Shown here piece by piece: positions 59,391 to 64,000 of a DNA stretch of 64,000 nucleotides. This stretch comes from Enterobacteria phage Kha5h. Location of the stretch: sequence record NC_054905.1. One strand, written 5' to 3'. The notes under the pieces were generated by a model. It saw only the letters and a program-made list of their open reading frames with translations, did no database searches and had not been told where the DNA came from. Position 1 is the first letter of the stretch. Every line of letters starts with the position of its first letter. A program made the position numbers and the translations under genes.

Positions 59391-59984
59391 TTATTTCAGA
59401 GAATTAATGTATTCCTGAACATCGGCAGAGGTAGTTTCAACCCCAGAAATATTACCGTTAAAGGTTTCAACTCGGGCAAGAGTATCTTCAATATCAACCT
59501 TAGTCAGTGCTGCAATTTCAACTACATCATCAGCAGTACTAATTCCGAGGGCATTCGCTGCGCGAGTTTCACGGATATATTCCAATTTAACCGCAAGTTC
59601 TTGACGAGCATCATCCAATTCAACTACTTTCTTGGCGATTTCAATTCGCATTTCAGCATACCCATCAGCTTTAGTAGTCAGCTGTTCAGCTGTTCGACGA
59701 TATAGCAAGCCGAGTTTAGCATGCATTGTTACATCTTGACCTTCAGAAAGAAGCTTGCGAATTTCACGCTCTTTTGATTCAGCCTGTTTATTCTTTTCAA
59801 TAACAAGTTCACGAATACGTTTTTCTTCATTAATAGATTTAACAGAAGCAGTTTTTAGATCTTTAATTTTATCAAGTAGTTTTGCTGCTGCAGCAGTATA
59901 CTGTTCTTCAACAGATAGATTTTTAGCCATAGCAGAACCAAGTTTAGTGCGAATAAACTCAACAATTTTCTTCAAAGTGTTCAT
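59391..59984 (-). CDS. coiled-coil protein (e.6 position)
   Basis: 197 aa, mostly helical heptad repeats; hairpin terminator downstream. Confidence 0.5.
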   Translation of the reverse strand: MNTLKKIVEFIRTKLGSAMAKNLSVEEQYTAAAAKLLDKIKDLKTASVKSINEEKRIRELVIEKNKQAESKEREIRKLLSEGQDVTMHAKLGLLYRRTAEQLTTKADGYAEMRIEIAKKVVELDDARQELAVKLEYIRETRAANALGISTADDVVEIAALTKVDIEDTLARVETFNGNISGVETTSADVQEYINSLK

Positions 59985-60027
59985 AGTATTTCCTTAGGTT
60001 GATTAAGATTTAAAATCCGTGAGAGTA

Positions 60028-60204
60028 TTATACTCCGGATAGTTTGTAAACTATTTCAACATCGCCTTTTGCTGCTTTATAACCTTCAGCCCAAGATATA
60101 ACCGAGTTTTTATCTGAAGATTCAAATTCTGGCATTGGGCTTTCGCCAATGTTCACACAATATGTTTCTTCATTTTCGTCGAACCAAATAATTAAAGTAG
60201 TCAT
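60028..60204 (-). CDS. small ORF (58 aa) below track cutoff
   Basis: SD GGAG 6 nt before ATG at 60204; MTTLIIWFDENEETYCVNIG... Confidence 0.35.
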   Translation of the reverse strand: MTTLIIWFDENEETYCVNIGESPMPEFESSDKNSVISWAEGYKAAKGDVEIVYKLSGV

Positions 60205-60272
60205 TTATTTCTCCGTTTCTATATTTGTTTTGATAAGTCTATAATAACACCGTCCTTGGTGTTTGTACACAA

Positions 60273-60536
60273 TTATTTCATATTATTGAAATATTCTTCT
60301 GCGATTTCGTCGTTATCATGGTAAACTTTAGAAGACAGTTTAACATAACCTTCAGCAGTGAACATGTTAATCACAACCTTTACAGTATACCACTGACCGT
60401 CTTCATTACCCATTACTGCATAAGTTTCAAACATCGGATGATCAGGACCGATAACTTTAATATCATTCACCGTACGACCAAAATCTTCTGAAACGCATTT
60501 CATAAAGAAGTTGAACAGTTCGCCGTAATTATCCAT
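60273..60536 (-). CDS. hypothetical protein (87 aa from MDNYGELF)
   Basis: SD GGAG upstream; the track ORF's N-terminus translates the conserved promoter leader. Confidence 0.45.
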   Translation of the reverse strand: MDNYGELFNFFMKCVSEDFGRTVNDIKVIGPDHPMFETYAVMGNEDGQWYTVKVVINMFTAEGYVKLSSKVYHDNDEIAEEYFNNMK

Positions 60537-60579
60537 TTCGTTCTCCAAGTTGTTTTCTGTATCAGTAGTTGATAGTTGT

Positions 60580-60609
60580 ATAGTACCATGGAAGGACAAG
60601 GATGTAAAC
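60580..60609 (-). promoter_or_regulatory. early promoter with conserved 22-bp element
   Basis: GTTTAC-N18-TACTAT; element at 60567-60588. Confidence 0.6.
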
Positions 60610-60744
60610 CGTTTTGTGAAAAAATTTTTTAAAAAGTTTTAGGGAATTCTAGGGCAGGGAGGGGCAATTAAAAGATAGGATAATATATTATAAAGGGTAG
60701 AAACTAAATGATGCCTAGAGAGGCCTGGAAAGGCCTAGATACCA

Positions 60745-60774
60745 AAAAGCCCCAACCTTTCGGCTAGGGCTAAG
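60745..60774 (-). terminator. hairpin element downstream of internal-protein-like gene
   Basis: AAAAGCCCCAACCTTTCGGCTAGGGCTAAG; GAAA loop on mRNA. Confidence 0.5.
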
Positions 60775-60778
60775 AATG

Positions 60779-61252
60779 TTATTTGATTTGTTTAGCAGAC
60801 CAAATGCGGTCTTTAATAATTTTTTGAATGTCTTCAACATACTCAAGAGAGTGAGCATGTGGGTTATCTTTGAAACTATAAGCACGAGCCAGTTTTTGGC
60901 CTTCAGTTTTGATTACTAAAAGCTCTTTAAGGATAGCTTCATATCTGGAGATAATTCCTTTAACAATATTTTTCTCTTGTGCGACTTTAGGATCTGCTTT
61001 AGGAGCAGGTTTACCCGAAGCCTTTGCAAAAGCAGCGCCAGTAGCAACTAAACTTTTCCAAGCCATACTAACTGCATTCCCTGTAAATCCTTCGGCTTTC
61101 ATATCACGAGCAAATTGGAATCGTGATTCATCGGAAGCATCTTTATAGGAATATTTACCCGCGGCAATGGCTGCTTTTGCGACAGCTTGAATTTCGGTGC
61201 TAGATGCTTCATTTAACACCGCTTCATTTAAAAATTGAGCATATGATTTCAT
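60779..61252 (-). CDS. internal-protein-like packaged protein
   Basis: 157 aa; N-terminus MKSYAQFLNEA; late promoter upstream; hairpins on both sides. Confidence 0.55.
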   Translation of the reverse strand: MKSYAQFLNEAVLNEASSTEIQAVAKAAIAAGKYSYKDASDESRFQFARDMKAEGFTGNAVSMAWKSLVATGAAFAKASGKPAPKADPKVAQEKNIVKGIISRYEAILKELLVIKTEGQKLARAYSFKDNPHAHSLEYVEDIQKIIKDRIWSAKQIK

Positions 61253-61288
61253 CTTATTTCCTGTTTTAATTCGTGGTTTTAATATACT

Positions 61289-61296
61289 TATTTATA
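61289..61296 (-). promoter_or_regulatory. late promoter TATAAATA for internal-protein-like gene
   Basis: Exact octamer 37 nt upstream of ATG at 61252. Confidence 0.55.
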
Positions 61297-61298
61297 CT

Positions 61299-61330
61299 AA
61301 AAAGCCCCAACCTTTCGGTCGGGGCTAAGC
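61299..61330 (-). terminator. hairpin element upstream of internal-protein-like gene (near-copy of 60745-60774)
   Basis: AAAAAGCCCCAACCTTTCGGTCGGGGCTAAGC. Confidence 0.5.
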
Positions 61331-61640
61331 CTTGCGGCAACCTTGTCGGGGTTCCACCTGCTAAGGCAAGTGTTTGTACGAAACGCCGGGATTCGAACCC
61401 GGTTATTAAGCAGTTGACGCTACTCAATATTTTTAAAAGGCCATATCTCGACCATATCCGAACGTTCCGTCAAAAACGCTACTCGGCTTACGGCAAAGAT
61501 ATTTCCTCGAATCGATAATTCGGTGCGCCGTTTTTGCTGTGATATAAGGGGGCATTAACAAAACATAAAGATTTGTTAATGCCAGTCCTTAAACAGGGAA
61601 CATCAGTCCGACGACTTACCGGTAGCGACCCGGTTTCTTA
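61330..61640 (-). ncRNA. candidate stable small RNA region (possible T4 species 1/2 RNA equivalents)
   Basis: GC-rich, ORF-poor block next to tRNA cluster; isolated tRNA-like T-arm CCGGGATTCGAACCCGG at 61386-61402. Confidence 0.3.
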
Positions 61641-61988
61641 ATATTCTTTTAAAGCATCAATTTGTTCACGGCGTTTACGCCATAAATCAATTGCTTCATA
61701 CGCAGATTCAGCATTTCGAATTAGCCGGCATTTATGTAAAGACTTATGATTTTGATATTGTGTAGATAACGGAATTTTATCTAAAAGGTCTTTACGTTCA
61801 AAGTATTCGTAACCATCTAAGCCAAATGAACGATTTTTAAGAAATTGCCAATGACCAAATTCGTTTTCGACATAAACATAATCTGCATGCTGATAAAGTA
61901 AATTAATTACACGTTCAGAAATAACAGTATCATTATGATTAAAATAGAATGTTAAATCATGAACTACTAAGTAAACATTGCCTTTCAT
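61638..61988 (-). CDS. hypothetical protein (116 aa from MKGNVY)
   Basis: SD GAGGAAA before ATG at 61988; longer track ORF would overlap tRNA-Arg. Confidence 0.5.
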   Translation of the reverse strand: MKGNVYLVVHDLTFYFNHNDTVISERVINLLYQHADYVYVENEFGHWQFLKNRSFGLDGYEYFERKDLLDKIPLSTQYQNHKSLHKCRLIRNAESAYEAIDLWRKRREQIDALKEY

Positions 61989-62006
61989 ATTTTCCTCACT
62001 TATAAT

Positions 62007-62083
<77 letters not shown>

Positions 62084-62087
62084 TATT

Positions 62088-62162
62088 TGGCGGACATGCA
62101 TGGATTCGAACCATGGACCAATTGATTAACAGTCAACTGCTCTACCACTGAGCTACACATCC
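62088..62162 (-). tRNA. tRNA-Asn (anticodon GUU)
   Basis: Hand-folded cloverleaf; anticodon loop CUGUUAA; CCA encoded. Confidence 0.75.
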
Positions 62163-62166
62163 AAAT

Positions 62167-62253
62167 TGGTGGGGAGTGATGGAGTCGAACCACCCGAGTC
62201 GCAATGACAATGGATTTACAGTCCACACCGCTACCTCTACGGGATAACTCCCC
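62167..62253 (-). tRNA. tRNA-Tyr (anticodon GUA), long variable arm
   Basis: Acceptor GGGGAGU/ACUCCCC; anticodon loop CUGUAAA; CCA encoded. Confidence 0.75.
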
Positions 62254-62265
62254 TAATTCATAATT

Positions 62266-62340
62266 TGGTGGCCCTGGGTGGAATTGAACCACCATCTGGC
62301 GATTATGAGTCGCTTGCTTGAACCTTCCAGCTACAGGGCC
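62266..62340 (-). tRNA. tRNA with CAU anticodon (Ile or Met)
   Basis: Acceptor GGCCCUG/CAGGGCC; anticodon loop CUCAUAA; sits where T4 has tRNA-Ile. Confidence 0.75.
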
Positions 62341-62341
62341 T

Positions 62342-62417
62342 TGGTGCTGATTGACGGAATCGAACCGCCGACCTTCTCATTACAAGTGAGTTGCTCTACC
62401 TACTGAGCTAAATCAGC
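62342..62417 (-). tRNA. tRNA-Thr (anticodon UGU)
   Basis: Acceptor GCUGAUU/AAUCAGC; anticodon loop CUUGUAA. Confidence 0.8.
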
Positions 62418-62422
62418 AAAAC

Positions 62423-62512
62423 TGGCGGAGGCGATAGGATTTGAACCTATGAGTCGCCGGAGCGACTGCCGGTTTTCAAGACCGGTGCATTAAACCACTC
62501 TGCCACGCCTCC
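62423..62512 (-). tRNA. tRNA-Ser (anticodon UGA), long variable arm
   Basis: Acceptor GGAGGCG/CGCCUCC; anticodon loop CUUGAAA. Confidence 0.8.
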
Positions 62513-62514
62513 AG

Positions 62515-62588
62515 TCTCCATACAAGGATTTGAACCTTGGACCTCCTGATCCCAAATCAGGCGCTCTACCAAACTGAGCTACACGGAG
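62515..62588 (-). tRNA. tRNA-Pro (anticodon UGG), CCA not encoded
   Basis: Acceptor CUCCGUG/UAUGGAG; 2 nt from tRNA-Ser 5' end (dimeric precursor as in T4). Confidence 0.75.
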
Positions 62589-62597
62589 TAATTAAAT

Positions 62598-62671
<74 letters not shown>

Positions 62672-62676
62672 AAATT

Positions 62677-62763
62677 TGGTGCGAGAAGTGGGACTCGAAC
62701 CCACAAGGAAATCATTCCGCAGCATTTTAAGTGCTGTGCCTTTACCAATTTGACCATTCTCGC
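62677..62763 (-). tRNA. tRNA-Leu (anticodon UAA), long variable arm
   Basis: Acceptor GCGAGAA/UUCUCGC; anticodon loop UUAAAAU. Confidence 0.8.
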
Positions 62764-62764
62764 G

Positions 62765-62837
62765 CTGGGAATAAAGGACTCGAACCTTTGCATCTAGCAG
62801 TCAAAGTGCTATGCCTTACCAACTTGGCTAATTCCCA
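62765..62837 (-). tRNA. tRNA-Gln (anticodon UUG), CCA not encoded
   Basis: Acceptor UGGGAAU/AUUCCCA; 1 nt from tRNA-Leu 5' end (dimeric precursor as in T4). Confidence 0.75.
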
Positions 62838-62916
62838 ATTATTAACAAAGGCTCTCAAACAAGAACCCTTGATGATAGAGGGTATTAATCAGTGCGGTAT
62901 GAGTTAATAATAACAA

Positions 62917-62941
62917 ATAATTCTTAAAGCAAATTAAACAT
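62917..62941 (-). promoter_or_regulatory. middle promoter (MotA box + TATTAT) reading into the tRNA cluster
   Basis: TGCTTTA then 12 nt then TATTAT, about 80 nt upstream of tRNA-Gln. Confidence 0.45.
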
Positions 62942-63439
62942 TTTAACAGTCGGCAAAACAATTTCTTTTTCTATATAAGAGTATTTAACACTCTCAACTA
63001 CACGCAGAAAATCATAATCATAATATTCAGAAGCACTGCCTAAAATATTAATAAGTCCTTCAAACACTTTATTACCATTCACAAAGAATAAGTCAAATAC
63101 ACGTTCTTCATCTTCTTCAGATTTATTACCAAGGTCAACTTCTATATCAAAGACCTTTTTAATGAATTCTGGATAAAGCTGGTCTGAGAACAGTCCTTCA
63201 ACCAAGTATTCATAAATAAAAAGCGATTGCTCGCTGAACAAGCCATTACCACAATAACGTTCAACTTTTGTGCTAGAATGTCTGCTTTTAAACTTCTTTA
63301 AAAGATATTGGAATTGTAAGATTTCATGCTCTTCTACACCAAACAGTGTTTTAGTTTTATAGTTGTCACCATCATTTTCCCAGGTAGTGACATCAATTAC
63401 GTAACCCTGCGGAATTGTAGTACCTAAACAAATATTCAT
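62924..63439 (-). CDS. hypothetical protein
   Basis: Track ORF 171 aa. Confidence 0.5.
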   Translation of the reverse strand: MNICLGTTIPQGYVIDVTTWENDGDNYKTKTLFGVEEHEILQFQYLLKKFKSRHSSTKVERYCGNGLFSEQSLFIYEYLVEGLFSDQLYPEFIKKVFDIEVDLGNKSEEDEERVFDLFFVNGNKVFEGLINILGSASEYYDYDFLRVVESVKYSYIEKEIVLPTVKMFNLL

Positions 63440-63729
63440 TTACTCACCATATTAATGTAAGTATATTCAATACATTCAAGACCCAAAGGATTCTTGAAAA
63501 TATCATATTCAAGAGGACCTTTTTCTGTTTCAATAAAGAAATCAAAATTTACTGTATTAAATTTACGGTCTTCCTTCAATAATTTAACTTGAGAAGATGA
63601 ACGGTCAACATAAACCTTTTCAACTTCAAAACATGTTAAAACGCCATAATCATCAATCAAGGCTTTAGCCGCGTCTTGATCATATTTATATCCATTTTCA
63701 ATGGACGATACTTTAGCATAAAGAATCAT
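63436..63729 (-). CDS. hypothetical protein
   Basis: Track ORF 97 aa. Confidence 0.5.
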   Translation of the reverse strand: MILYAKVSSIENGYKYDQDAAKALIDDYGVLTCFEVEKVYVDRSSSQVKLLKEDRKFNTVNFDFFIETEKGPLEYDIFKNPLGLECIEYTYINMVSK

Positions 63730-63732
63730 TAT

Positions 63733-64000
63733 TTACCCTTCATCAACAATAGTATGAGTGTGGGCATTTACAATTTGCCACCAATCAAAGCGATTAGAAC
63801 CATACATTGGTTTATTTTCATTTTCTTTAATAATATCACGAAGTTCATCTTCGGTAGCGGCTTTCGCGATTAAATCAGCATATCCACCACGAGGATAATA
63901 ATTATCACCTGCAAAAAGTAAAAAGTTTGGTTTAATATTATTGAACTCTTCAAGAGTAATAACTTTTCCTGATGGTAGTTGAACAATCTCTACATATTTA
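63733..64000 (-). CDS. hypothetical protein, C-terminal part only (ORF enters from beyond window end)
   Basis: Open frame from 64000 to TAA at 63733-63735; C-terminus ...DWWQIVNAHTHTIVDEG. Confidence 0.5.
   Translation of the reverse strand, partial: KYVEIVQLPSGKVITLEEFNNIKPNFLLFAGDNYYPRGGYADLIAKAATEDELRDIIKENENKPMYGSNRFDWWQIVNAHTHTIVDEG

Noticed and set aside
59391-59984. Possible PspA/IM30-like identity of the e.6 coiled-coil protein
   Set aside because: Only general helical, heptad character is visible; no diagnostic motif, so it is left as a coiled-coil protein.
60030-60058. GTTTAC with TATAAT-like sequence upstream of e.6
   Set aside because: Spacer is only ~13 nt, so it does not fit the 17-18 nt early-promoter geometry seen elsewhere.
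61386-61402. tRNA-like T-arm CCGGGATTCGAACCCGG
   Set aside because: No acceptor stem, D-arm or anticodon arm can be built around it; not called as a tRNA.
61273-61518. Plus-strand ORF (81 aa) in the GC-rich block
   Set aside because: No SD; lies in a region more consistent with structured RNA, and is opposite to all neighbouring transcription.

Overview
This window reads as a 64-kb stretch of a T-even (T4-like, Tequatrovirus-type) myovirus genome, covering the early/middle region from dexA-dda through the replication, recombination and nucleotide-metabolism genes to lysozyme e and the tRNA cluster. Identifications rest on protein sequences I recognise from memory (no database search was possible): dexA, dda, modA/modB, soc, 56, 61, dmd, 41, 40, uvsX, 42, imm, 43, regA, 62, 44, 45, rpbA, 46, 47, alpha-gt, 55, nrdH/G/D, 49, nrdC, rI, tk, regB, denV, ipII, e and nudE. 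Nearly every gene is on the minus strand, tightly packed, often with overlapping stop/start codons (ATGA, GTGA). Regulatory signals are T4-like: sixteen GTTTAC-N18-TAnnnT early promoters, MotA-box middle promoters, TATAAATA late promoters and many UUCG-type tetraloop hairpins. Ten tRNAs are clustered at 62007-62837. It is not T4 itself: a GT-A glycosyltransferase replaces T4-type beta-gt, an HNH endonuclease sits at the soc/56 junction, the 56-61 interval holds only a small plus-strand ORF, nrdD is intronless, and there are extra tRNAs (Tyr, Asn) and relocated internal-protein-like genes. I found no CRISPR array, integrase or transposase, and no clear-cut novel multi-gene system. The best candidates for under-described biology are in the hyperplastic nrdC-rI and tk-e regions: an AAA+ ATPase next to a nucleotidyltransferase, an array of coiled-coil paralogs, a macro-domain protein, capsid-targeting-signal proteins at new loci, and several small ORFs below the track cutoff.
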